Below, one piece after another: positions 36,901-47,404 of a DNA stretch of 64,000 bases; within the stretch, counting starts at the first letter, position 1; each line of letters starts with the position of its first letter. Origin of the DNA: Hormiphora californensis (lineage: Eukaryota; Animalia; Ctenophora). The stretch is from assembly GCA_020137815.1 (NCBI GenBank), contig CM035361.1, forward strand, positions 5,580,001 to 5,644,000. Reading direction: 5' to 3'. The notes beneath the pieces are model-generated. The model was given only the letters and a program-made list of their open reading frames with translations, was not told the DNA's origin and ran no database searches. Made by a program: the position numbers and the translations under genes.

Positions 36901-38092
36901 ATAATATCACTATTAGTAACCAGGGTAACAAGTACATAGTAACCATGGTAACTATTAGTAACCATGGTAACTAATAGTTAGGGAATCTTTAAGCCTCACA
37001 TAACACATTATAAAACCGATCCTTTTCATTTATTCTAACAACATCTAAAATATGTGTTAAATTGAAATCTCGGGTATCCAAGCAAAAGTCATTTAAAATT
37101 TGATCGCCTTAAAGTTTACAAAATACAAAACTAATTAATAATTAACAAATTAATATTTAATTAATTTTCAGGAAAGCAAGGAACCTATCCTATACTTAAC
37201 AAAGGTAGAAACACATGTGCATCGTCCCATTATTGTAATCAGCTTGATGTGTAATATGTATAATCCTTGGCATATTATAGCACATTGCAGGAACCGACCG
37301 AATCAGGAAATACTGGTCCCTGATTGGCTGATAACCAGTCACATGACCTAAATAACGAGCTCTGATTGGTTGTTTACTTGTGTCGGTCGGTTCCCGCAAG
37401 CACGTTGTTATCATTTAATTTATTTTAGCATTCGCATCAGCAGAAAACTCATGAAAACTATACCAACATGTTTTTACATATACACTTCTTGACAGCATTT
37501 TATGTCTTATACGGTCAGACCCCGATTTAACGGGTCTGGCTGTACTACATCTTTAATATTTGGTTGTTAGGGTCACCACACACCAAAGTTAAAATTAAAA
37601 TTAAAATTTTAAAGTTAAAATTAAAATTAAAATTTTAATTTTAAACCCGCACACACCAGCGGCCGTTAAAATTTCTCTCCCCCATTCTAAAAGTAACAAT
37701 CTCGCGCACGATTTTAACGGCGTGTTAAAATTTTGTCATCCAACGCGACCGTCAAAATCGTGCGTGAGATTGTTACTTTTAGAATGGGGAGAGAAATTTT
37801 AACGGCCGCTGGTGTGTGCGGGTTTAAAATCAAAATTTTAATTTTAATTTTAACTTTGGTGTGTGGTGACCCTTATAGTGTGAGTTATCGAGTTTGCATG
37901 TGATATGGCTGACAAATTATTGGTTTTATCAATTTAATGAGCTGGTCAGAGCTTTATGGAGACATGATGTCTACAAATGGAGACATGATGTCTACAAATG
38001 GAGACATGTCTTTATGGAGACATGTCTTTATAGAGACATGTTTACAAATTAATCATCAAGAGGAATCCGGACGGAACACAACTGTGGACTAG
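24256..38092 (+). CDS. Small basic disordered protein (about 103-135 aa) with three alternative M[HQ]AAR first coding exons
   Basis: Exon A (24256-24320) or B (28222-28382), both phase 2, joins 32333-32381 (TACTAAC branch point) then 33236-33341 (phase 1). Exon C (34179-34407) is phase 1. Shared exons are 36733-36759, 37172-37204 and 38061-38092 (TAG); AATAAA at 38144. All introns GT-AG; all three isoforms are open. Confidence 0.65.
24325..24435. repeat. 19-bp minisatellite (gtttatgttatagttgtgt)
   Basis: About 5 units. Confidence 0.85.
24721..25046. mobile_element. MITE with about 110-bp TIRs and a central small hairpin
   Basis: ctgacggtgtataaggtccaaatgaggcacggag... / ...ctccgtgcctcatttggaccttatacaccgtcag. 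Confidence 0.85.
25482..25896. mobile_element. Inverted dimer of an about 205-bp CCC-ended MITE with a single outer TA pair
   Basis: Units 25482-25686 and 25687-25896 each have about 70-bp TIRs; their cores are in opposite orientation; ta|cccccatcag...ctgatgaggg|ta. Confidence 0.85.
26034..26157. repeat. 124-bp loop-less palindrome centred on atgcat
   Basis: acaaattataaatt.aggtgtatacaa.ggatcatgg...ccatgatccattgtatacacctgaatttataatttgt. Confidence 0.8.
27250..27417. mobile_element. Palindromic MITE with CAGTC ends; relatives at about 18128-18276, 16550-16680 and 8640-8720
   Basis: cagtcctgatcgaacctgaggttcagg...cctgaacctcaggttcgagcaggactg. Confidence 0.7.
27904..28211 (-). mobile_element. Non-autonomous Helitron (308 bp)
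   Basis: Minus strand a|TCtctattataa ... GC hairpin gcgcacccaatgggtgcg-CTAG|t; A/T insertion site, no TSD. Confidence 0.75.
28003..28016. promoter_or_regulatory. Perfect palindromic RFX X-box-like motif GTTGCCATGGCAAC inside the Helitron
   Basis: Exact match to the GTNRCC-AT-GGYAAC consensus; function untested. Confidence 0.35.
28222..28382 (+). CDS. Alternative first coding exon B: MHAARAARSARIRSRRNAIRKPTDPAPQPPPENMLQALPCHRVLRRSCDISCMG
   Basis: ATG, same MHAAR start, gtaag donor in phase 2. Confidence 0.6.
28716..31745 (-). mobile_element. Gag-only (pol-less) Gypsy-type LTR retroelement, 3030 bp
   Basis: Identical 199-bp TG..CA LTRs (28716-28914, 31547-31745); 4-bp TSD ggag; PBS-like TGGAGCCTGATACGAATTC after the 5' LTR; inserted in a 2-copy tandem repeat. 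Confidence 0.92.
30564..31484 (-). CDS. gag: Retrotransposon Gag (capsid-like)
   Basis: PPKFKKGD start, QKQGESITDYVYRLRQKAELAYP major-homology-like region, FLKGIRD; lies between LTRs. Confidence 0.85.
   Translation of the reverse strand: MLNHIMSLDDFSQEELIAHLNKRCSNDKQFKTNISKIVKEDPSSYNSSQQPGSSTDQLVAALRGLSTSNSLYNEPPKFKKGDSFITHCNRFAEFVIVNNISGERQYALFMQTIADDQFYDRLHSIQVDDDDKLDHKSFLAEIKHNIYGDQQFAFRSSLQDCVQKQGESITDYVYRLRQKAELAYPDSRTHREEISLMVFLKGIRDLVLRRKLNELPDIETFSTAIKQAKRLERVDQMMGSSNGKNSSFNGTDSSTQNTSILRTEVKFEHDSEIPSNSYHRNRSDSSYSYRRSPRNIRSRDKYHSGY
34179..34407 (+). CDS. Alternative first coding exon C: MQAARIARQLAQNKRLLQQEQKKKDKLAKFKSGG...KRGSVVSNDQESNDKTK
   Basis: ORF track 34179; upstream ttttatag acceptor; gtaagt donor in phase 1. 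Confidence 0.7.
34572..36630 (+). mobile_element. Helentron/HINE-like element hosting the giant palindrome
   Basis: T-run plus subterminal IR tttccctgcc (34575), with partners gcaggg (34641) and ggcagggaaa (36613); twin hairpins at the 5' end. Confidence 0.45.
34874..36513. mobile_element. 1640-bp near-perfect palindromic non-autonomous DNA transposon with Chapaev(CMC)-type ends
   Basis: CACGGTG...CACCGTG termini, 4-bp TSD tcta, arms about 817 bp, about 6-nt loop at 35691-35696; identical ORFs on both strands. Confidence 0.9.
37288..37396. mobile_element. CAGGAACCGACCGA-family MITE
   Basis: Matches the family consensus. Confidence 0.9.
37570..37872. mobile_element. PIF/Harbinger (Tourist-like) MITE, almost fully palindromic
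   Basis: tta|gggtcaccacacaccaaag...ctttggtgtgtggtgaccc|tta; 3-bp TTA TSD. Confidence 0.9.
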
Positions 38093-38359
38093 GATCATCA
38101 CCGTGTTGCCATGCCGGAGTCGCCCATTACTAATTAGGACTATAATAAATGCCTAATTAACGTATTAAATCATAAAACGTGGTTATTTATATAACTGTCG
38201 ACGCTGCTCACACTATTCGTTATATATTGTCCGTGAGAAAATTTAAAATTGATGAAGACGCGCTCTAATATATATTGTTGATATAGCTGTGTAGGACATT
38301 TGCACTTGTTAAAGGGTGGACATCTGCCGGTCTTCAAATTATAGCTAAGAGTTAGGCAG

Positions 38360-38590
38360 CGGATTAAGGGGGCCCGGATATGATGAGACGCCCGTACCAG
38401 TCGCCCGTACATTTGCTTTGCGCATTACGTTTCACCACACTTTCACCACAACAAAACACATGCGCGTAACGCGCATGTACCTTATTTGTGGTGAAAGTGC
38501 GATGAAACGTAATGCGCAAAGCAAATGTACGGGCGACTGGTACGGGCGATCTATACGGGCGATCTATTCGAGCCCCCGTAATCCCCCGTG
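38360..38590. mobile_element. Palindromic MITE; second copy at about 59305-59558
   Basis: gcccgtaccagtcgcccgtacatttgctttgcgcattacgtttca / tgaaacgtaatgcgcaaagcaaatgtacgggcgactggtacgggc. Confidence 0.8.
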
Positions 38591-38935
38591 TAAGTTATGT
38601 TAGCACGCCTATTATGTAGTTTGTTTAGGACGATAAAACCATGTGCGACACATATCATTTTCCCCAAGGGTCAGCAAAATTAAAACTAAAATTTTAATTG
38701 CCATCCAACGAGACCGTCAAAATGGTGCGCGAAAATAATACAACATTAATTTTCAGTTTGTTGTCAGTTTTAGTGAAATATTGTTGTTTAGGAAGCTTCC
38801 TGTACTTTTATTTCATGATGAGACCCGTTGAAGCTAAAATGAAGCTAAGAATATTTCATAATTAGGGCTCAGCTATTGTTGTCCCCGCTCTATAACATAA
38901 TTATTTAGCCTTTCTTCGGCTAGCCAAAATATAGG

Positions 38936-39023
<88 letters not shown>

Positions 39024-39461
39024 TTATTTAGCCGTAACAAAAGCTAAATTGACCGTTTAGTATTGTCTATGTCCAATAATTTATCAGCTGTCCTAGATTC
39101 AGTGCCCCCAACCTACATGCGTGCCCTCACCCTATATGCTTCTATGGAGGAGTACCTTCTTTCGTTGTAGCTGTAATGACAATTGACAGGTGACCACTGG
39201 CTATAGGTTAAGAAGTCACCCCTGTTATTTTATTGCATATATAGATGAGCCATCATAACGCGGAGCTGGGTAATTTCATTACCAATGACCAGTGGTCATT
39301 GACCACCGCCTAGGTTGGCATCTTGTTTACTGTATTATAGATCCTGACACCAAATGCAGTGGTTCAATCGGAGGCGAGCTGTGATATTATACTACTTAAC
39401 ACATCCCCTAATGCTTCCTTATATCTCACAGACCTGGTTTCTCTCTCTCTCTCTCTCTCTC

Positions 39462-39529
<68 letters not shown>

Positions 39530-40772
39530 GGCAACAATGGTGTCGTGACACTGATGCCACCGATCAACTTGTCGTACGATCCACTTAGAGAGAGGGGAGA
39601 GAGAGGAGAGAGATAAATCGAGAAAGGCTATAGGCTCCTTTTATAAAATGTCTATCTTATCATCTTTGTATTTCGGATTTTGGTATTTGCAATTCTTTGT
39701 TTTGTTTCCCTGCAAAATAGTCTCTGGGACCGCTTAGCTAACTAGTCTGAAAAACCAAAAAAAAAGTCTGAGAAATTAACTTCCCGTACAGAATTCCTTC
39801 TATTCAAAACAATATGATCCTGCCAATTAGTCCAACACATGTTGATGACTGATGTAATAAATTGTTAGTGCTGGTTTGTCATGGAATCATGCACTTGCTT
39901 ATACACACATGACTTCATTCATGAGCTAACAGAGATCAGTGAGATACATCGAGGTCCTGTCTGTGAGTAACTACTATATATTAGTAGTAGATATATATAT
40001 AGTAGATATAGGATCTCGTAAGAGTGTGCTAATTTGGGATGAGATAGTATCTTTTAGTGCAATATAATCGACTTCCATTACTCATACATTTCACTTATTT
40101 TACTTGACAGATATCATCCTATAGGCAGCTGTCACTGATCTGCGCAATGAAATATCACATACAATATATTGACAAAATAGTACGTGACATTTCGATATAA
40201 TGGACCATTATTAATGGCGATACCGTATCTATCTGCAGTAGATGAGATCATTACTTATATTGTTGATATAATATCAGCGGATTTCCGGTGCTTCTTCCAC
40301 CTGGATCTCGGCCAATAAACCAAAAATTGAATTCACCCCTGCAAAGACTGATATATGCTGATCAGAATCTTGTTTTGTCCATCTCTTAGATTTTGACCTC
40401 GTTATCATTGCAAGCTTTTACAGTTGTCACTTGCCCTGTATTTCAATGCACAGTTACAGTTACGATCGTATCTAGATACATACCCCAAGTTCATTAGTTC
40501 TCTCTCTTATTTAGTAGACTAAGTACGATGCCGATAATTAGAGTCCGAATCCCCAAAACTCGGCTCGTTGTGGAACAGCAGAAAAAAAGAAATTCCCAGA
40601 ATTGTACGAGGAAACTGGCTCTAACAGAGTACGCCAGTGAGATGATATGGAATGAATGTCTTCTGTTAAAAGGTATTTTTCATTAAAATGTTATCTCTCT
40701 CGTTGACTGTATGGCGGCGCCCATATCCCAATTTGATACTCAAAAGATGGGGTCGGCGGCGCCAGACAGCTC

Positions 40773-41168
40773 GTTGACAAGATACCTAAAACTTTTCATA
40801 TTGTATCACATTTTTTCGATTTATCATTTATTTTAAGCATTTTTTTAAGATTTTCTTGTCGTCGTAGAAAATAATCCAAATAAGGGGTCTACCATAAGGG
40901 GTCAGCTGCACTGGCACACTCACTGCGTCTCGCAAATCAAAATTGACGTTTCCGGTTCCTCAAAAGCTTTTTTAAAAGATAACATTGGATTGGTCTTAAT
41001 AAGATCTTTCCAACGCTACCAAAACGGTTTCTGTATCTCATCAGGAACCGGAGATATCAGCTGTAGACCCCCTATTTTAGACGATAAAAAATTCTGAAAA
41101 AATGCTTAAAATTAATGATAAAACGAAAAAATACGATAGCCGAAACGTTTTAGGTATCTTGTCAACCT
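40773..41168. mobile_element. Kolobok-like MITE (left terminus clipped)
   Basis: gttgacaagatacctaaaac / gttttaggtatcttgtcaacct|ttaa; degenerate arms of about 110 bp. Confidence 0.6.
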
Positions 41169-42318
41169 TTAATAGTATTGATTAATTTGTTTTAATTTGG
41201 ATTAAATATAAAATTTTCAAGAAGAAAAATTACCCCCATAATATTTCTAAAGAGCTATATTTAATTCCTAAACATTGAACAACACAATTCTGTGGCTAAT
41301 TAATGTAACCACGTACGGTCTCCTGGATGTACAAGTTATTATTATTATCATTATTATAATAGCAATGCAACAAATGTTTCGTTGATTTACCTTGACGATT
41401 TGATTAATATGATTGCTGCATCTATCATATATGTGTATCGAATATGAGTAATATAATATATAGAAGTAATATAATATATAGAAGTAATATAATATATAGA
41501 AGTTAGTATAATATATACAAGTTAGTCCTCTGATCTATATCTGAAAGTATAACGTGGTACGAGTTCTATAACATGTAAAGTGGTGCGTGGCTGATCGCCG
41601 TATTACCTCATTAAACCGTAATTGGGGAAGACCTATATAGTTATGTAATGTTATAGAGACCTATTAGTCATAAACAATTAGTATATCAGAGCCGAGATTA
41701 TCTTTGTAGTCTCTTTCTATCTTCCTATCTCTTTCTCTCTTTCTCTCTCTCTCTTTCTCTCTTTCTCTCTCTCTCTCTTTCTCTCTTTCTTTTCTACACT
41801 TCTCTCCCTCTCTTTCTCTTTCTCTTTTGGTTCAATATAAAAACTGCTGGTACACCTTTCTTTTGAATTTTTCATGTTTTGTTCCAAGCTTTTGTTTTTG
41901 CCGTATATTCTTCGTTTCACTCGACATTTATTATAGCTATCTCATTGCAGATAAAATAAGATTTGTTAGAGCAGTTTACTATTTGTTTTGCAGTTACGGT
42001 TAGCTTAAGATAACATGTAAGATAAAATTAGAGGTATCATGGTTGCTCCTTCTGTTCATATGAACATATGGTACATGTATCTCAAGCTAAGCTTCTCTAT
42101 ATGATATCTTTCATCATTTTCATCGTTATGGGATCAGAAGGTTCTATTTAAATAAAATCACCCCTTACTCATCAAGGTCATAAATGATCACTGATATGAT
42201 CTACATGTTGAAATAATGACTTAATTGGACAGCTGATATATATATAGTTGCAGTGTGGTGGTATGGTGAGGCCACTTTAACGACTAGCACGTGCTAGCTG
42301 GCTTGGAGTTTTCAAGAA

Positions 42319-42377
<59 letters not shown>

Positions 42378-44546
42378 CAGTATGAGAGAGCTCTCTTCTC
42401 GTGTCTCTCTGCTCGCTCTGCTCTCTCCTCTCTCTCCTCTGTCACTCTCTCTATCTCAGCTCTCGTCTTCTCTCTCTCTCTCCACTCTCTCTCTCCTCTC
42501 GCTCCCCCCTCGCCTCTCGCACGCTCTTCTAGCAATCCATACGCTTTTCTCAGTTCTCTTGTTAACTTTTCCCCCCGCGGTCTCTTACCATGATCTGCAT
42601 AATATAGTGACCAATTGTTTTAAATCTCTTGCTCTGCTTCTCCCTTCTTCTTTTCTCTCTGCTCTCTATGATCTCTGCTTCCTTGCTCTTGTCTTGCGCC
42701 GTCGTTGTTGTTTGCCCCTTGGTTGTTGGTCTACCCGCTTTCCTTCGCTGGTGGTCTCCCCTTGCTTAACCTTTGGGGGTCGTGCTTCTTATCCTACGTA
42801 TATCCACACTTTTTACCCATTTTTCCCATTATCGAACATTACTGAATTTTTTTCCCCTTTTTTTTGTTTGTTCCTTATAAGTCGCGTTTGTATATCAGAA
42901 CATGTCTCCTTTCCCAAATTTGTTCCCATTTAATTTTTTTAAAAACTTTGAAGTTCTGACGTCGCGGCGGTGTTTGTATCAATAATCTGAGTGCAATAAT
43001 TTTACTATAAGTGATCCAATTTTGTTTTTTGTAAGTACTTTTGTTGTTGCCTTGCTTGTCCCCCTTTTTGTTTTTTTCTTCCCCTTTTTCCACTTAAGAA
43101 AATCTTTAAAAAATTGTCTTTAAAATTCTGGTTTGTTCGCTTTGGTTTTGGTGGGGTTTTTTTCTTCCGGGTTTTTTTTCCCTCCTTTTTTTTTGTACTT
43201 TTTTGGTTTTTTCCCCCCGGGTTCTCCGGGGGGGCCCCCCCCCCCCGGGCCCCATCCCCCTTTTTCCTTATCCTCTCCCGTTTTCATGGCCGTTGATTCG
43301 CTCCCCCTTTGGCTCCGGCCTTTGGGGTTTTCTTCCCTAGTTTCCCCCCTTAGAAAATATATGTGCCAAAATTATTCACGCCACGGGGCTCTGAAAACTT
43401 TGTTTTTTTACCGCCATGCCTTTCCTTCATTAATTTTTGCTCCTCTCTTGCCCAAAGCGTTAGGCACGATCATAATTCAAAAAAGGACCCCCTTCTAAAA
43501 CCTCTCCCCCAAATCATTTTATTATTTTCACCGTCATTTCCCATTGCGTTGAGGGCCCTTTCCTAACCCGCCTTCCGTTTTTAAAATATGGTCGATTAGT
43601 TAAGTGTCTAGGACCCAGAGTCAGTACCCCGGGGGTTTTCTTTTTTTCAAGTTTTTTTTTGTTTTTTTGCTTGTGCCACGGTTTATCGGACATTTCCACA
43701 AAAAATTTTGGAATTTGCTACTGGTTTGTTTATTTTTAAACAATCAATATTTTGCTTTTGGTGTTTTGACATGGTTTCCAAAACAAGAAAATGTTCCACT
43801 TTTTTAGAAGAATATGAGTTTTGTTTGTTGTTGAATAACAAAGTTTTGTAGGTTAAAAAAGGGCAATGTCCAAAGCCTATCTATTTTTTAAGATTTTAAA
43901 CCACCAGGGCATGGGTTTTTATAGAAAATTTACTGCTCAATTTGTCTTTCGTCATTTCCCACTGATCCATGGAAACATCTCTCTACAGCTGAAGACATGT
44001 AGATACAATGCATAAACCAATTCGGCATCATGGGATGCCCCAAACACCTGTTTTAACTTTTATTAAAATTTATAAAATTTTAAAATAACACTGGAGATTT
44101 CTCGAATCAAAGTGCTTATCCAGCCTACCTACCAGAGCATAGTGATATCATTTGTACTGATTGTGCTACCACAGCTGTTATGTATAGGATCATATTTTCT
44201 GACTCTTGTGGAATCTCTTTAAATTTACATTTTTGGACCTGAACGTAGGTACTATTATTCACTTGCCAAACTACAGCTACACTTAGTGAAAGCATGGTCC
44301 TACTTTGTAATGTAACGGCATCGTATCAGTTACAACCAAACACACAAACTAGTGAGTAGCTCGATTTTTGGGATCTGTCTGGCGGCCCAGATCTGAGAAC
44401 CGAAACGGGGTGTCTGGCGTCATCAGGCAGCCTAGAATTGGGGTTGGGTTAAATTTTTGGAGTCACAATAATTAACTGAGAAATGTGTACATTTACCGGA
44501 CCGGGAGGATAATCTTCCCCCGAATTAGGAAATTAGCAGTATTTGA

Positions 44547-44633
44547 CAGTATTTGACCCCGACATACCGGACACCCCGATTTACTGAGCAAAACCCTTTC
44601 CCCCGAACATTCCAGTAAATCGGGGTCCGACTG
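44547..44633. mobile_element. Short pogo-type MITE (left end degenerate)
   Basis: ...gtaaatcggggtccgactg|ta; similar to 1781-1864. Confidence 0.75.
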
Positions 44634-44717
44634 TATCTGTTTATCCCTAAATTAGTAAATCTCTGTCTGTTTATCCCTAAATTAGTAAATATCAGCTCCT
44701 AATCCTCGGTTTTCAGA

Positions 44718-45887
44718 TGCAAATAAGTGTGCCAGCAACTTGGTGGAGATTAGAAAGTTTGTGAAGAGTCCTTGTACCCTCAACAAACTAGGATCTGCTG
44801 CCATCGACCATTCAAAAAGTGGGTGTTTGTGTAAAATTAAAAACCAGTATTTCAAGTTGTTTTCAGTCATTAGTTTATTTATACTGTTCGGTTTTGAACC
44901 ATCCCCTTGCAAGGTAACTTTAAGTAAAAAATATTTTCAGGTGTCAGGGCGTTATTACTGGAATCCACACAATACGAATCACAAGCAGGACAATTCGAGA
45001 AACAAGGAGAGATTGCTCTGACCCTGGCCTGTTTTACTAAAGCAGCTAGTCTCTGTAAAGAAGCACTTCAACTCCATGGTAACCATGGCAACCATGAACA
45101 ACTCCTTAGTAACCATGACAACCATGAAGCCGCGAGGAGACGAGAAGAGTACTTGAGGAGAGCCAGACAGATTTACAGGAAAATGTTGGTACTTTCGGTG
45201 GAGAATCCTGAAAAGCCGGTGACGAAAAAGGCCAGGAAAACCAAGCAGGTGAAATAGGGTTTTCCAAATCTTAAATACTGTATGTAGTTGGTTACATCAA
45301 CCAAATCTTAAAGTTGGTTAAATGGTTACTTAATTAATTATGTAGCTGTTATATAACTCTAATTGTTGTCACATTATTCTAGGTGTACAGTGACCATGGT
45401 AACCATGTCACATTATTCTAGGTGTATAGTGACCATGGTAACCATGTCACATTATTCTAGGTGTACAGTGAGAAACGGAAGTGTATGGACTGTGGAAAGA
45501 TGGTGTTTTGGTTAAAAAGGGGTCTCTGTTCAACGTGTGATCTGAACCTTCACAACACCATCATATCACCTGTTAGCCAGGTATTTAAAGCAAGCCATAA
45601 AACACTAGCCCTGAGTAGCCCGCTCAAATCGGATCACGTCACCAGAAGTTTAGTAACGTGCCCCGTATTAAATTGGGTTAATTGAGTGTTTTAGGCGGCA
45701 AACAAACTTGGGATCCACTTATTATTTTTCTATGCAGGTGCAAGATGAAGGTACTACAACGGAATCTCGATCTACTTCCCGGGGAACTTGTACCAGCTGT
45801 CGGAGAGGAGGAGGTGGAGGAACCCAGTCCTTGATAAAATCTACTAAAAAGAGTGTGTGTAGTGAAAGGAGAGGGGGCACAGGGTGA
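44718..45887 (+). CDS. 3' exons of a protein with a MIT-like helical domain and a CxxC..CxxC zinc finger (USP53/54-like architecture possible)
   Basis: Exons about 44718-44818, 44941-45248 (..AGQFEKQGEIALTLACFTKAASLCKEAL..RREEYLRRARQI..), 45461-45580 (CMDC..CSTC) and 45738 onward; GT-AG, phase-compatible; 5' exons lost in noisy sequence. Confidence 0.5.
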
Positions 45888-46334
45888 GGACGCGAGAAAA
45901 ACTGTGAAAAACGTTTGGGGGGGGGGGAATTCTGTGATAATATGACTTTATAATGCAATAATGATCTTCCGACGGCATGAAATATCATTGCAGTAGCCGT
46001 TTTTCAGCTGCACAAAACAGTTATTTGATATGTATTACACATTGATATTTATTTTTTTTACGTTGATAAAATTTGTTAGTTTTACTAACAGGATCAGGAA
46101 TTTTTTTAAGTTTTAAACCTGCTGGAAGTACCAAAAGGCCAGACCAATTCGGAATTTCAAATCGCTGGTACGGTTTGACATATTCTTAACATCCATATAT
46201 TCGTCTTTGTGAGTATGTCTTTGTCTCTCCGTCTTTGTCTCCCCGGAGGTTTAGGTTCAATTACGCGAAACAATATAGCCACGACTCGCCCACATCTCAA
46301 CATATATTATACCACCATAATACAGAATACTACT

Positions 46335-46403
<69 letters not shown>

Positions 46404-47404
46404 TCTCTCTATTTCTCTCTTTCTTTCCTGCGTCTTTTGTAATACAAAATGTGTATGATTGTATGACCACAGTACTCGTGCGCTCCGCCAATGGTCTGAC
46501 ACAATATAAGTAATACCGAGGGGACCTAGAGCTAACTTTTGACACCCATGATTTATCCCAAGTCAAAAAAAGTTCGGTTTTTGTTATGATCAGCAACATT
46601 TCAAATGATGATTACACCATAATATATAATGAGAACAGTTAGTATCCAGATTGCTCAGATGCATGCAAACGTTTTCGGACTGTCCCCCAGTTACGGGATA
46701 TGTACGAAGCTCCAGGAACTCTATACTAGACATGAGATTGAACGACGGGGAGTTGCAAGCAAGCGATACCCCGGTCGGAGTATAAACGGCGGCGAATCAT
46801 CAGAAGTAACCAGAAGTAAGCAAGTAGAAAAGTAACACCTGTTTAGAGGTCGTGTTGAGGCTCAAAACAGATGTGACAAAAACTGGAACAATTGGGAGGG
46901 GTCGATGCAGTATGTAATTATCGACTTTATTATTGACCCTATAATATATAATCATCGGCACAGTGATAATAAATTTTTTTTTGTTGAAATAACAGCATAC
47001 TGCAATGATATATTGTCCGTTGGGAGATCGTCTGCATTCACAATTATAGAATCATGTAATCAAAGAAATACTATTTATTACCATTTTTTAATTTTTTAAA
47101 CTAAACTTCTCACAACAAATCTTTGCTATAATATCAAACACCCAGTTACATTTTGCCGATTATGATAATAAAGAGTAAGATATCAAAATCACACACTATG
47201 CCATGCACAACTCATTTCAGATCATTTAGACCCTAATTTAGACCGATAATTGACTATAATTGTCTTTTACACATAAGTATATTTCTACTAATTATACTAA
47301 TAGTTTTCTAGCAACAAAGAATAAGATACAAATCAACCACGTGTTTACTGTCTGTACATGGTTGTACGAAAATCCTATTTGTTGAGCCCTTTTTCAACAA
47401 TGTT

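Noticed and set aside
39700-44400. Possible USP catalytic-domain exons
   Set aside because: No phase-consistent model or Cys/His box could be read
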